DNA of 64,000 bases from Promethearchaeota archaeon (GCA_019057795.1 JAHLWS010000022.1:13729-77728), one strand, 5' to 3'. Shown: positions 1 to 10,752, counted from the first letter of the stretch. Made by a program: numbers and translations. Notes: generated from the sequence alone by a model not told the origin.

Positions 1-227
1 GTATCTTCAAATTCGGGTCGTTCATTTACCCAATCTGGTTTTTTCCAACTATTAGGATTTTTATTATGGGGGAATAATCCAATTTCATTTTCTACAAAAC
101 CAGGATTCCAATCTTTGGAGTGAATAAGTGGCAGAGGAGCAACATCACCAGATACAATATTAAAGATTGGAACTTTATCTGGACGATCAAAATGAACTGC
201 TGCTCTCACACGTTCTTTTGAATTCAT
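1..227 (-). CDS. Uroporphyrinogen decarboxylase / methylcobalamin methyltransferase (URO-D family) protein, N-terminal part, runs off the window edge
   Basis: Manual translation from ATG at 227: MNSKERVRAAVHFDRPDKVPIFN..., open to base 1. The ERV..A..F..PDKVP start is typical of URO-D family proteins. Confidence 0.7.
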   Translation of the reverse strand, partial: MNSKERVRAAVHFDRPDKVPIFNIVSGDVAPLPLIHSKDWNPGFVENEIGLFPHNKNPNSWKKPDWVNERPEFED

Positions 228-355
228 AACAGCTACTTAATAATTAATTCTAATTAAAAGATAAATATTTCTTTTTATTTAAAAATATTTAGTTGATATA
301 ATATATTTAGCGTTTGAATTAAAAAATAGAAAGAATATTAGTTGTATATTAAAAT

Positions 356-487
356 TTAGAGCCCTTTTTCTTTCCTTGCTTCTTCCGTGAATTCTGGGGG
401 ACTATCACAATTAGATGCGATTTTAGACTTTATACACTCTTCACAATATTTTAAATATATCTCATTTTCGGAGTCTTTACTATCCAT
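356..487 (-). CDS. Possible 43-aa CxxC small protein
   Basis: Manual translation MDSKDSENEIYLKYCEECIKSKIASNCDSPPEFTEEARKEKGL. Below the ORF-track cut-off, no family recognised. Confidence 0.3.
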   Translation of the reverse strand: MDSKDSENEIYLKYCEECIKSKIASNCDSPPEFTEEARKEKGL

Positions 488-830
488 GTCAGCATCAACA
501 AGTTAAGTATTAAAACTCATGGAATTAACGTTAATTATCTATTATAAAGTTTATTAAAATTGAATTTTTTATACACTAAAGGACAACAAATTACCGACAT
601 AATTAAAAGGTAAAACTCTACTCATCAGCAACAATTATGAATCTTTTTTTTAGGTTTTAGAGAAGGGGAGGGGGGTCGTTAAAAGTAAAAATAAACTAAA
701 TTAAGTAAATTAAACGCTAATAAGCCATTCAAAAAAGCAATTGGATATTAGTGTATAGACTATTTCTAAAAACTTATAATTTTTCAAAAATAGAATCATA
801 CAAGATAATACTTTTTTGAGATTAAAAATC

Positions 831-2231
831 ATGGTTGAACAATGTGACATTTTGGTCGTAGGCGCTGGAACTGCCGGAATGTATCTCAGTTGGCTATTAG
901 CTAAAAAAGGTTATTCAGTTATAACCATAGAGAAAGATGAGAGGGAAAAAGTAGCTAAAAGGTTAGATGTTATCCACTTTGAGACCGATAGAATTAAAAA
1001 CGCGGGCATACCACCGTTTAAAGTAGGAGACCCTGACTGTATTGAAATTCGAGATCAATCCACACAAGTAACAACGGATTTTACAACAGAAGTTAAAATC
1101 AGAGCGCTTCAAACTATTGTGCGTCTTACACCATTTTTAAATAGAATGTATAAGGTGTTAGAAGCAGATGGAGTAAAGCTTGTTTTTTCTAGTAAATTTT
1201 TAGAATTAGTTTTTGACGACGGAAAAATTGTAGGTGTTTTAGCCGAAAAAAATGGGGAACGAATTGAATACCATGCTCGTTTAGTTATCGATGCTTCAGG
1301 TACGGGTGCCGTAATCAGAACATCCTTGCCTCAAGACTACGGAATTGAAACTTTTAAACTGGACCCAAGTAGTGTGATGTATGTACTTCTACAATACATT
1401 AAGTGGTTAAACCCAGAAGAAAAACATCCGTTACCCGACACAGGATTTCAATACTACCTGTTATGGTTCGGTCCGTGTCAGATTGAAAATGGTGCAATTT
1501 TGGGAGTTGGGCAACCAGGTTCTTACGAAAATGCTAGAAAAGCAAGAGAAGAGTTCCTTGGAAAGGCTCACTTACCTCCTTATGAAATTATAAAAGAAGA
1601 ACAAGGTTTTACTCCCTATAGAAGACCTCCTTATACTCTTGTGGGTGATGGATTACTCTGTATAGGAGATGCTGCAGCAATTACTTATCCATTTTCGGGG
1701 CACGGAGTTACCGCTACTTGGAACTTGTGCATGATTGCAGCAGAGGTTATTGAGAGTACGCTTAAAGAAGAAGGGTATATTTCTAAAGACAGGTTATGGG
1801 ACATTAATGTAAAGTATTTTAGAGATCAAGGTGCGAAATTTGCGAGCCTATTTATGCAATTATCTGGTATTCTAAACTTTTCAGCAAAAGAATGGGATTA
1901 CGTCTTAAAATCGGGATTACTTTACAAAACTGGGGACGAAGACGAAATTCCTGAACCTAATAAAGAGTACGAAGAAGACATGAGTCTAGGCGAAATGCTT
2001 AAATTTCTGTTTAAATTAATTGGCGGCATGCTAAAAAGACAATTATCCTTAAAACACGTGAAAAAATTGCTATCAGCTAATTCACTTGCTGGAAAAATTA
2101 AAAAACATTACGAAACCTTTCCAGAGGATCCGAACGAATTCGATCAATGGGTAAAGAAAGCAGACCAACTATGGAAGCAAAAACGAGTAGCAATCAAAAA
2201 ATTAGAAACCTTTTCTATTGAGTACCACTAA
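831..2231 (+). CDS. FAD-dependent oxidoreductase, geranylgeranyl reductase family
   Basis: DILVVGAGTAG Rossmann motif, IDASG and IGDAA...PFSGHG motifs. ATG at 831 preferred over TTG at 816. Confidence 0.85.
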   Translation: MVEQCDILVVGAGTAGMYLSWLLAKKGYSVITIEKDEREKVAKRLDVIHFETDRIKNAGIPPFKVGDPDCIEIRDQSTQVTTDFTTEVKIRALQTIVRLTPFLNRMYKVLEADGVKLVFSSKFLELVFDDGKIVGVLAEKNGERIEYHARLVIDASGTGAVIRTSLPQDYGIETFKLDPSSVMYVLLQYIKWLNPEEKHPLPDTGFQYYLLWFGPCQIENGAILGVGQPGSYENARKAREEFLGKAHLPPYEIIKEEQGFTPYRRPPYTLVGDGLLCIGDAAAITYPFSGHGVTATWNLCMIAAEVIESTLKEEGYISKDRLWDINVKYFRDQGAKFASLFMQLSGILNFSAKEWDYVLKSGLLYKTGDEDEIPEPNKEYEEDMSLGEMLKFLFKLIGGMLKRQLSLKHVKKLLSANSLAGKIKKHYETFPEDPNEFDQWVKKADQLWKQKRVAIKKLETFSIEYH

Positions 2232-2289
2232 AGGTTGAAATTAAAAAAAGTAGTGTTCTATTAATAAATAATTACACTTTCAGATTTGG

Positions 2290-3024
2290 TTAGCTTTTAG
2301 TTAGTGATGAACCACATTCCCCACAGAATTTTCCCTCTCCAGTAATTTTTGCACCACAATTAGGACAAAACTTTTTATTTGAAGGTGTTGGAGCTGCTAG
2401 AGATACTTGTTGCGTGCTTGGCACTGGTGTTGTTGGAGTTGTTTCAGTATAACGAATTATCTCTTCTAATTTTGCCAATTTGAAATATCCAACTATTTGC
2501 AAAATCCACCCGATAAGAATTGTTATTATTAAAAACGAAAGAACATTCATTAAAGCGGCAGTTCTTAATTTATCGCTTCCTTCTGAAGCCTCCAACGCGA
2601 TGTGGGTAGGGAATAAACTACGATTTTGATTAAAGAAGTCTGTTAAACTACGCCAAGCATCCATTTCAATCGCTCCCGCTATGATGTTTATAATAAAGCT
2701 AATGATCATCGGTATTAATGTTAAAATACTGAAAGAGAATGGCCTACCTAAAGAGTAAAAAGACCCAGCCCCAGATATAACAGTACTAATTATCCTGAAA
2801 ACGATTGCAATACTATATTTCGAGCGATAATTCTCTAACGAAGATTGTTTTAATTTATAGTTTGCGCTCCGTATATCGCTTAAGGCCATAATAGCAAAAA
2901 TAAATCCTATGAAACTTAAAATCGTACCAAGATATGGAATGATCGATAATAAGGTCATTATCGCAACTATTTTCATCTTCTTTCCAAATTCCGAAAATTC
3001 TTTCTTAATATCGACATTTAACAT
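2290..3024 (-). CDS. Membrane protein (DUF973-like) with C-terminal double zinc-ribbon
   Basis: Several hydrophobic helices, Pro/Thr linker, FCPNCG...FCGECG. Confidence 0.75.
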   Translation of the reverse strand: MLNVDIKKEFSEFGKKMKIVAIMTLLSIIPYLGTILSFIGFIFAIMALSDIRSANYKLKQSSLENYRSKYSIAIVFRIISTVISGAGSFYSLGRPFSFSILTLIPMIISFIINIIAGAIEMDAWRSLTDFFNQNRSLFPTHIALEASEGSDKLRTAALMNVLSFLIITILIGWILQIVGYFKLAKLEEIIRYTETTPTTPVPSTQQVSLAAPTPSNKKFCPNCGAKITGEGKFCGECGSSLTKS

Positions 3025-3271
3025 TAATTTTAACCTTTTTACAAGTTTTTTAATCTAAAATACATAATAATATTTATATAGTTTTAGGAAGCAAATTTTT
3101 TTAGGTTTATGGAACCAAATTATTAGCCACATTAACAAAAAAATTCCAGGTAATAACATTTTTTAATTATATGTGCTGTTAAATGTAATATGCAATATTT
3201 AGGTGAATTGCTATTTAGCTTTTCTGTCAAATTATTTAAGAATATTAAAAAAAAAAGTTTTTATTAATGTA

Positions 3272-4018
3272 CTACTTTATATCCGAGCCGCATAAGGGAC
3301 AAAATTTTCCTAATCCGGATAATTTGGTTCCACAATTTGGGCAAAAATTGCTTGCTATTTCGGTTATACCAATTGCTCGAGACTCCGGTAAGTTCACTTG
3401 TATCGATGATGTTTTCGGAACATCATATAACATCAAGTTATTCAATTTTGCTAAGTTAAAATATCCTATAACTTGATATATAAATCCAATTATTGCAGTG
3501 ATTATTAAAAATCCTAACGCAAACAATAAAGCAGCCGTTTTTAACTTGTCACACCCGTCAATTAAATCATGAGAAATGCTACCTGGAAATAGACTCCTAT
3601 TTTCTTCAAAGAATCGCTTCAAATTTTCCCATGCTTTCATTTCAGCAACTACGCTGGTTATTAAAAATGTTAAACCAGTTAACATAAGAATTACGCTTAT
3701 AGAAATTATTATCCAAAAAGAGCTGAAATAAGATGGTATAAAGAAGAAAAGAACTAAGTTTATAACTCCTAATATTAACACGATTGTACCACACATTTTT
3801 AAAATGAAAGCCCTAATATACTTCGAACGAAATTCCTCTAAATATTCGTTATTTAATTTAAGATTTGCGTTTTTGATATTTCCTAAAGCAATAAATGTAA
3901 AGATTAACGCTATTATGCCCGTCACACCAGTTACTAAACTTAAAACGGTACAAAATGCTACGATTTGCATATTTTTCCCAAATTCGTAGAAATCTTTTCT
4001 AACATCCATATTTGACAT
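3272..4018 (-). CDS. Membrane protein (DUF973-like) with C-terminal double zinc-ribbon, tandem paralog of 2290-3024
   Basis: Shares EFGK.M.IVA, FF..NRSLFP, DKL.TAAL, GYF.LAKL and FCPNCG...GKFC..CGS with the neighbouring gene. Confidence 0.75.
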   Translation of the reverse strand: MSNMDVRKDFYEFGKNMQIVAFCTVLSLVTGVTGIIALIFTFIALGNIKNANLKLNNEYLEEFRSKYIRAFILKMCGTIVLILGVINLVLFFFIPSYFSSFWIIISISVILMLTGLTFLITSVVAEMKAWENLKRFFEENRSLFPGSISHDLIDGCDKLKTAALLFALGFLIITAIIGFIYQVIGYFNLAKLNNLMLYDVPKTSSIQVNLPESRAIGITEIASNFCPNCGTKLSGLGKFCPLCGSDIK

Positions 4019-4161
4019 TTTTATGTATCCATTTTTTGATATATTTACTTAATACATTTTTTGTTAATTAATATCATTAATGGAGTCCATTATTTGCTTT
4101 AAGGATAGTTATATATCTGATTAAATTGAGAAATAAGTTTAAATTTTTAATACAAGAATTT

Positions 4162-4992
4162 CTAAAAGAAGCGCCGGATATATTCAATACTTTCCAGTAA
4201 ATCTTCCACTTTATGCAGTTCCATAATCATTGCGCCTTTATAATTAAATCTATTTGCTAATTCAAATACCAATTGAAAATCTACTGAACCTTTTCCCAGA
4301 GTAGGATGGATATCTAAATCATTCTTAAAATGTTCAACTAAATGGATATTTTTAATACGATTATGTAATTTATTCCATAACTCTTCAATATTATCGTTGC
4401 AAGACGCAGTATGACCTGTATCCCACGCTAAGAAGATATCTCCTCGATTGATATCGGCAAAGAATTTATTAAACTCGTCATATTTTAGAAAAAAACCAGC
4501 GTTTCTCGGCATATTCTCTAAAGAAGTAATTAGTTGAAAGCTTTTTATTTTTTCTAGCAATAAATTAACAGCGTCTATAAGTCGATTATTAACGCCATTA
4601 TACGACCGGTGTAAGAATTGTGCATTTCCTGGATGGATAGTAAAGTTTTCTGCTCCAATTGTTTTGCTTATTTCAGCTGACTTTATGTAACATTCTATTG
4701 TAGCGTTTAAAATCCATGGATTATGAGTGCACAAGCTTAAATACGCATAAGGTGCATGGAATTGTTTCTTGATAGAAGGATATGAATTGCATAAATCGAT
4801 AAACGCTTGTTTTTCTTCAGAAACTAAGATTTCAGGAGGGTCCAAGATTAATTCACAAATTTTTATGTCATTTCTTTCCGCGAAATTAAAAGTTCTCTCA
4901 ACTGCATTGAGCAATAATTCTTTTGAACTTTTAAATTTCCCGTGATTAACATTATCGTAAATAAAAGCTATAGAGCCAAGTCCAAGTTTCAT
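4162..4992 (-). CDS. Sugar phosphate isomerase/epimerase (AP endonuclease 2-type TIM barrel)
   Basis: HAPY, IHPG, LENMP, DTGH, IHL, H..LGKG.VDF and IME motifs. ATG at 4992. Confidence 0.85.
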   Translation of the reverse strand: MKLGLGSIAFIYDNVNHGKFKSSKELLLNAVERTFNFAERNDIKICELILDPPEILVSEEKQAFIDLCNSYPSIKKQFHAPYAYLSLCTHNPWILNATIECYIKSAEISKTIGAENFTIHPGNAQFLHRSYNGVNNRLIDAVNLLLEKIKSFQLITSLENMPRNAGFFLKYDEFNKFFADINRGDIFLAWDTGHTASCNDNIEELWNKLHNRIKNIHLVEHFKNDLDIHPTLGKGSVDFQLVFELANRFNYKGAMIMELHKVEDLLESIEYIRRFF

Positions 4993-5263
4993 TAAAATCA
5001 AAAATTTGATGAGTTTATTTATTTAAAAATTCGATAATATTTATCATTAATTTTGATTAAAAAATTATGCGTTTATTAATTCTTAATAGAACTAGATTTA
5101 TACCTATAAATAATCATTTTTTTCAAACACTATTGAGTCAAATTACGAGAAAAAGTTAAATACTCAAATAACTACAATTGAAATTATAGAGGTATTCAAA
5201 TTAGTAAAAAAAACCCAATATAATTTAATTTAGAAAATATAGAAATTTTAAGAAGTAATTTGT

Positions 5264-6634
5264 ATGTCTAACAATAATACAGAAGTTAATTTATTGGATA
5301 ACTATACCTTTTTTGTAATACCAAGTTGGGGAAATTTACTCGGGTATCCAACTTTAAGTAAATATGCTAACCATCAAGTATCGAAAATAACCCAAGATCT
5401 AGTTATATTTTTTGGGGGATCTGAATGTGCGGTCTCAACGGATAGAGGAACTTTATATTATCTTTTTGGCATGGGATATTATTATACTAAATTTGAGCTT
5501 CAAAGTGGAAGATATATTACCGACAATAGGCAATTAACGGGCTTAATTCTATCAGATTTCGTGTACGATCATTTAGCAACATCAAAAAATATTACACTAG
5601 AAAACGATCGCGATGTAATCATTAGTGAGAACCTATTTAAGTTACCAATAGATTTGTCTTATAAATCTGAAACTAAGCGTACATTTATTCAAGGAACGCT
5701 TATGAGAAATCTATTTATTCCCTATAAAGATATCTTTTTAGAATTGATGGAAACTTTGAAAAAACCCCAATCATTCCAAATAGATGGGACTGGTCCCATG
5801 CTTTTAAGCACGCACTGGGATTTCTACAATCAAATTTTAATTTCTTCTGAAATGGATCATGAATTGAAAGTAAATTATACGAGCTCAACAGCTGGATTAA
5901 ACGGAATTAAAATTGGTGTTAAAAACCACTTAAAAAGCTACTTTTCACAGCGGGAGTTACAATACATTCAAGAATCGACTTTAAAATTGAAAAGGGTATA
6001 TTCTATGATGGAATTCGATCCTATGTATTTGTTCTCAATAATCATAAATGCTTCTGCTTTGTTGAGATCAGAAATAACATCTACTAACTTTCAAAAAAGT
6101 GATAAAGACAATAATAGAATACTAAAAGAATCAATTTTTATCTCTGCTGAACCCCAGATTAATTCAGTCGTCGATTGGCCAGAACAATTTAGAAGAAAAA
6201 CAAAAGACGAATTGGAAAAATCGGTCGTACAAGTAGCTAATAAGATTTATCAACCTAACGAAGTTGATAAAAGTGCATTACCTCTCAAGGAATACAGGAA
6301 CGAGCAAGACCAATTTGAAATTAGAACAATGAAAAGACCTATTGTTGAGTTAAAACCACTCCCTAACATGCCAACTAGTAACACATTAGATGTTCTTTTA
6401 ACAGTAAAGGATATCGTAAATAGTGATTACGACGTTAGATCTATAGGGAAGGCGCTTGAAACCGCACGAGATTACATCAAAAGCATGATCTTACATTCAA
6501 ATATTTTATGGGATATGAGTAAATTTGCTAATATCTATCAACACACAGAACCAAATTTAGGGTTGAGCCCCAAAGAAAAATTCGAATTAATAGAAAAAAT
6601 CAATAAATGGATTAACCTGATAAAAAAAAGATAG
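5264..6634 (+). CDS. Hypothetical protein, 23 bp upstream of and co-oriented with the profilin-like gene
   Basis: 456-aa ORF, no family recognised. Confidence 0.75.
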   Translation: MSNNNTEVNLLDNYTFFVIPSWGNLLGYPTLSKYANHQVSKITQDLVIFFGGSECAVSTDRGTLYYLFGMGYYYTKFELQSGRYITDNRQLTGLILSDFVYDHLATSKNITLENDRDVIISENLFKLPIDLSYKSETKRTFIQGTLMRNLFIPYKDIFLELMETLKKPQSFQIDGTGPMLLSTHWDFYNQILISSEMDHELKVNYTSSTAGLNGIKIGVKNHLKSYFSQRELQYIQESTLKLKRVYSMMEFDPMYLFSIIINASALLRSEITSTNFQKSDKDNNRILKESIFISAEPQINSVVDWPEQFRRKTKDELEKSVVQVANKIYQPNEVDKSALPLKEYRNEQDQFEIRTMKRPIVELKPLPNMPTSNTLDVLLTVKDIVNSDYDVRSIGKALETARDYIKSMILHSNILWDMSKFANIYQHTEPNLGLSPKEKFELIEKINKWINLIKKR

Positions 6635-6657
6635 TTATTTTAAATTGGTATCCTACT

Positions 6658-7290
6658 ATGGTAAATTATAAGTCTATTATTAAGAGTTTGCAAAAACATT
6701 ATTCTGACGCAAACGAAGTAGTAGTCGTGGGTAACAAAGGGAAGGTTATTTATTCCACTAGTAATTGGAGCACATCGAAAGATATTAAGGCAGTCCTAGC
6801 TAGTTGGGGTAGTGGCACTGCCCAATTTGTGAGTATGAGCGGTATCAGATATTCAGTGCTTCAAATGGCACCCGAAAGATTTATAGCAACTAACAGAAAG
6901 AAAAAAGGACACTTAGTTGGAACATCAATCCTTGGTAGTGACATATATCTCATAGCTCATATCAAACCTAAAGCAAAAGGATGGATGCACATGGCGTATC
7001 CCGCAGTTACGAGAGCAGCAGCTATGATGATAAAAGGATCAAAGTCACAATTTGTTGAAACCGAAGTAGTTGATTCCGTTGAAAACGAACTTATCGCAAA
7101 AAGCAGTAGTATGGTACAACTTACAATCGATCCATATCTCAAAGCTGAAGTGGAAGGATTTTTAGAATGGATTAAGAATCCTCAAGGCTTAACTTCTTAT
7201 CTCCTTCATTCATTACAAGAAAACGATCCATATAGAATCTCCAAACTTGCGGAGATTTACAATGAATTATATAGGATTTTTTACACTTAG
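6658..7290 (+). CDS. Asgard profilin-like protein with ~85-aa C-terminal extension
   Basis: The first ~125 aa follow the Loki-profilin pattern: VVVG.KGKVIYSTSNW...D, GIRYSVLQ..PERFIATN..KKGHLV, LIAHI.P. Recognised by eye. Confidence 0.7.
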   Translation: MVNYKSIIKSLQKHYSDANEVVVVGNKGKVIYSTSNWSTSKDIKAVLASWGSGTAQFVSMSGIRYSVLQMAPERFIATNRKKKGHLVGTSILGSDIYLIAHIKPKAKGWMHMAYPAVTRAAAMMIKGSKSQFVETEVVDSVENELIAKSSSMVQLTIDPYLKAEVEGFLEWIKNPQGLTSYLLHSLQENDPYRISKLAEIYNELYRIFYT

Positions 7291-7347
7291 GTTTTATTAA
7301 TTCTTTTTAAAAAAAAGAGATAGAAGTAAAGCAACAACAATTCTTTA

Positions 7348-8415
7348 TCAATTTGACTTGGTTTTAAGCCAGTCCCCCACCATCAATTTTGATTCTTTGA
7401 GGATCTCTTTATCGTAACTGCCGAATTCTTCCTCTGCCAAAACAATCGGTGCGCGATTAATTTCTTCAACTTGCCTTATCCATTGATCAGTGAGGTTTAG
7501 GAGGATAGCATCAAGGGACACGAGATGTCTGCCAAAGGCTATGATCCCTAAATCCTCTATAATATTATACTTACCCATGAAGATATCTTCAAACTTACCT
7601 TCTGGGTGAGGGAAAGATGTGGCGTTCAATGCTTCACATATCCCGTAAACATTGAATAATGAATGGTATATCTTGTTGATATCGATAATGCTTGAAGCAA
7701 TTCTCGATCCATTTAATCCATGCCACCAAGATTTCAATGGATCAGGTATCATTCCAAAAATGTTCTTTATAGTAAAGGAGGCGTAGTGCTTTAGTTTGGC
7801 AAAGCTGATGAACGTCGATCCACGCAGGTCGTAAAGCTTTTTCGGTATCATACTATAGAGCTTATTTATCTTGACCGGTTTGAAATGTGATTCCACTAAC
7901 CTATTAACTTCGGTTGGATCGGCTACCCTTTCATTCCAGACCTCATCGGTCACATTGATGTAAGTGACATCGAACTCCCTAAAAAGATCCGTGAAACCAA
8001 ATTCGTCAAGGAAGGCTTTATCCTCCTTCTTGAGCTGATCCCAGAAACCACCTTTTTTGAACCAGTCCCAGTCGGGGTTTTCGATGAGCCAGTTCCAACC
8101 ATCACCCTTTAGGAACCATTCCAAGTTGACTTCTTTATCTCCGATAATAAAGCTCATCCCCTCCTCAAGACGGTTAAATGAATGTGTGTGTGATTCTGTA
8201 ACCACGATATGGGCGTCAAGTGCCTCCAATATCGTTCTCAAAGTCTTGGAGTCGATGAAAGCGGCTGGTGCGTTTGACACCCAGTTCGGTTTGATAATGA
8301 TGGTCTCAGATTCGAGCCAAGAGTCAATCATTATCTGCTTTAATTCATCGGAGTTGCTTAATTTCGCTATGGTTATCTGACCGAATTTGTGATAGGGAAT
8401 AGACATGTTCAACAT
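7348..8415 (-). CDS. DUF362 family Fe-S protein
   Basis: IIIKPNW, FTIKNIFGMIP and V.LDA motifs. Visibly higher GC than its neighbours. Confidence 0.75.
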   Translation of the reverse strand: MLNMSIPYHKFGQITIAKLSNSDELKQIMIDSWLESETIIIKPNWVSNAPAAFIDSKTLRTILEALDAHIVVTESHTHSFNRLEEGMSFIIGDKEVNLEWFLKGDGWNWLIENPDWDWFKKGGFWDQLKKEDKAFLDEFGFTDLFREFDVTYINVTDEVWNERVADPTEVNRLVESHFKPVKINKLYSMIPKKLYDLRGSTFISFAKLKHYASFTIKNIFGMIPDPLKSWWHGLNGSRIASSIIDINKIYHSLFNVYGICEALNATSFPHPEGKFEDIFMGKYNIIEDLGIIAFGRHLVSLDAILLNLTDQWIRQVEEINRAPIVLAEEEFGSYDKEILKESKLMVGDWLKTKSN

Positions 8416-8515
8416 TTAGTTTTAAAATGAATTAAGCACATTAAATATTCTATAAAATATAATCTTTCCATATAGATTATTTTACAAAAAGAGCTACAAA
8501 CCATGAAAATTCCTT

Positions 8516-9652
8516 CTATCGCTTCAGATAAATCGAAATTATGTCTCCATCCTCAATTACGTGACCTAGGTTATTAAATTTTTGACCGGGGTGTTTAGCA
8601 GATTTACCCCATATTAAAGAGTAGCGATAATCGCTTATGAATCGTTTGTGAATTTTACGACAGAGTTTCTCTAGTGTATCGCCCCTGTGGAGAATTATTG
8701 GTTCATCCATATCAGCTTCTTGTCTTGGCGGCTTCAAAAACACTCGTATTAAATTCAATTCCTCGAAAATTTTATGACGGAGCGCATTAATCTTATCAAG
8801 ATTCTTAACTGAGATCATAACCCAGTGATCATGACCAATTGCCTCTGTAATAACATTATTCGGTATTTTTTCTTTCATTAAATCTGATTTATTAATTACC
8901 ACAAATTCTCTTGTGTAGATACGATTTCCAAATATGAAATCTATTAATTGATCGGGTGTTATATCTGGTTCAGAGAAATAAACCCCTGCGTTCCGGACTT
9001 TAAGTTCATTCATTAGAGATTTAACTTCATCAGCATCCATAAGTTGGTGACCTTTGTAAGTAAAATGAATCCCTCCACGTGTGCGCTCTTTAATTACAAT
9101 CTTAGGTGGTCTTGTATTTAACCGTATTCCTGCGTTATTCAGCTCCATTCTAATAGTTTTCAAATCAGAAAGATTAATCATTCCATCAGAACGAAAACAT
9201 AATATAACTAACACTAACTCTGCCGAGCGTACTGCGGCTAATACTTCTTTTCCTCGCCCTTTACCCGCAGCAGCACCCAAAATTATTCCAGGTAAATCAA
9301 TAAGCTGAACTTTCGCTTCTTCGATATCCATCATACCGGGTACTGCTGTAACAGTAGTAAAATCATATGATGCAACTTTAGAACGAGTATTACCTTCAGT
9401 TAGCAAATTTAATAAAGAAGATTTTCCAACTGAGGGAAATCCAATGAACGCCACTTGGGCATCTCCTGTTCTTTTAATACCGAAGCCACCACCACCACCT
9501 TTTTTAGAACTGGCAATGCGAATCACATCTTCGCGGAGTTTGGCTAGTTGTGCTTTAATGAAATTTATGCTTTTTTGTGTGGCCTTGTTTACCTTAGTGG
9601 AAGCCAATCGTTCTTCTAATTCCTTTATTCGATCTTCGACTTTTTCAGACAT
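8516..9652 (-). CDS. drg: DRG/OBG-family GTP-binding protein with C-terminal TGS domain
   Basis: NKAT, GFPSVGKS, YDFTT, DLPGII.GA..GKGRG, INKSD, WGKSAKHPGQ. Confidence 0.92.
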   Translation of the reverse strand: MSEKVEDRIKELEERLASTKVNKATQKSINFIKAQLAKLREDVIRIASSKKGGGGGFGIKRTGDAQVAFIGFPSVGKSSLLNLLTEGNTRSKVASYDFTTVTAVPGMMDIEEAKVQLIDLPGIILGAAAGKGRGKEVLAAVRSAELVLVILCFRSDGMINLSDLKTIRMELNNAGIRLNTRPPKIVIKERTRGGIHFTYKGHQLMDADEVKSLMNELKVRNAGVYFSEPDITPDQLIDFIFGNRIYTREFVVINKSDLMKEKIPNNVITEAIGHDHWVMISVKNLDKINALRHKIFEELNLIRVFLKPPRQEADMDEPIILHRGDTLEKLCRKIHKRFISDYRYSLIWGKSAKHPGQKFNNLGHVIEDGDIISIYLKR

Positions 9653-9769
9653 ATTATACCTTTAAAAAAATAATAATGCAAATAAAAAAAATTTTTCTAA
9701 AATGTTTACTCAAAGAGTTGAATACTAAAAAGAGATAAAAGTAAAAATTAAATTAATTCTGTGAGAGAA

Positions 9770-10690
9770 TTAATCTGAATGTGCTGAAATTATCAAATCT
9801 GCAAAGAGAGACATATCTTTTAACAATATATTTAATTTATCTTGAGATTCTCTATCCAACTCTCCTGTTTTCATTACGAGTACCGAAATAATGTATTTAA
9901 AGATATGGAGCTCAATTTCCTTTCCGTCCTCGTTCAACCCTCTAAATTGAGCAGAATCAGACATAAAGATGTTCTCTCTTACCGTATTACACGCGTCGAT
10001 GAAATCTCTTAAATCTCCACGAAGCATCAAACCACTGCTTACACCTTGAACGTTATGGACTATGACATTTCCCGAAACATCAGAAATTATTATTTTTGCT
10101 TTAATTTCTTCTAATTGGCTTTCAGCTTTCTCCACGGATTTTTTCAAATCTTTATAGGACGAAATTAATATATCCCGAAAAACCTTGGCTAATTCGTCTT
10201 GTTGATAAATGCTCGTTAACATGTAATCAAAATTATAATCTTTAAACATGTCCAAGAAGATTTCCTTAGCACTTTTTACGTTAGTATCAAGTAATTCTTT
10301 CGGGTAATCTTCAGTATCGTATTTGTGCAAGAATAAAAAAATTTGCGGCTTCTCGTTGTTTTTACGATGTATATCCAACAATCCCTCAAAATATTCTTTT
10401 GCTTGATCGAAGGAATTTGGGTCGTGTAAATCAACGACACAAATTAGTATGTCAGTGCCCTTGAAAATCTCTGGCTTTGAGAAATATTCAGCGCGGTACT
10501 GCTCTTGACCGCCAAAATCGAAAATCCCAACCTGAAGACCAAGAAAAGGATGCCTTCGAGTTTCATAAAGTATTGTCGGGCTAAGTCTTTTTGTGTCTTC
10601 GGGCGTTTTTTCAGCAAACGCTACGGAGTAAAGACTTGTCTTACCGCAACCGCCTAAGCCTACTAAACTTATTTTAATAGTACATTTCAC
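9770..10690 (-). CDS. Small GTPase, Rag/Gtr-like, with C-terminal roadblock/longin-like domain
   Basis: G1 GLGGCGKTS, G2 PTI, G3 DFGGQ, G4 HKYD (His-type G4 as in Rag/Gtr), G5 TSI, C-terminal IISDVSGNVI. The true start may be ATT at 10678. Confidence 0.75.
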   Translation of the reverse strand: MKCTIKISLVGLGGCGKTSLYSVAFAEKTPEDTKRLSPTILYETRRHPFLGLQVGIFDFGGQEQYRAEYFSKPEIFKGTDILICVVDLHDPNSFDQAKEYFEGLLDIHRKNNEKPQIFLFLHKYDTEDYPKELLDTNVKSAKEIFLDMFKDYNFDYMLTSIYQQDELAKVFRDILISSYKDLKKSVEKAESQLEEIKAKIIISDVSGNVIVHNVQGVSSGLMLRGDLRDFIDACNTVRENIFMSDSAQFRGLNEDGKEIELHIFKYIISVLVMKTGELDRESQDKLNILLKDMSLFADLIISAHSD

Positions 10691-10752
10691 CTTTTTTTAT
10701 TATGTTATTTATAATTCTTTATTTCATTTATTTTTATTTTATTATTCTAATA

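Noticed and set aside
665-675. G-run GGGGAGGGGGG as a G-quadruplex or origin G-string
   Set aside because: There are only two G-tracts and no supporting context.
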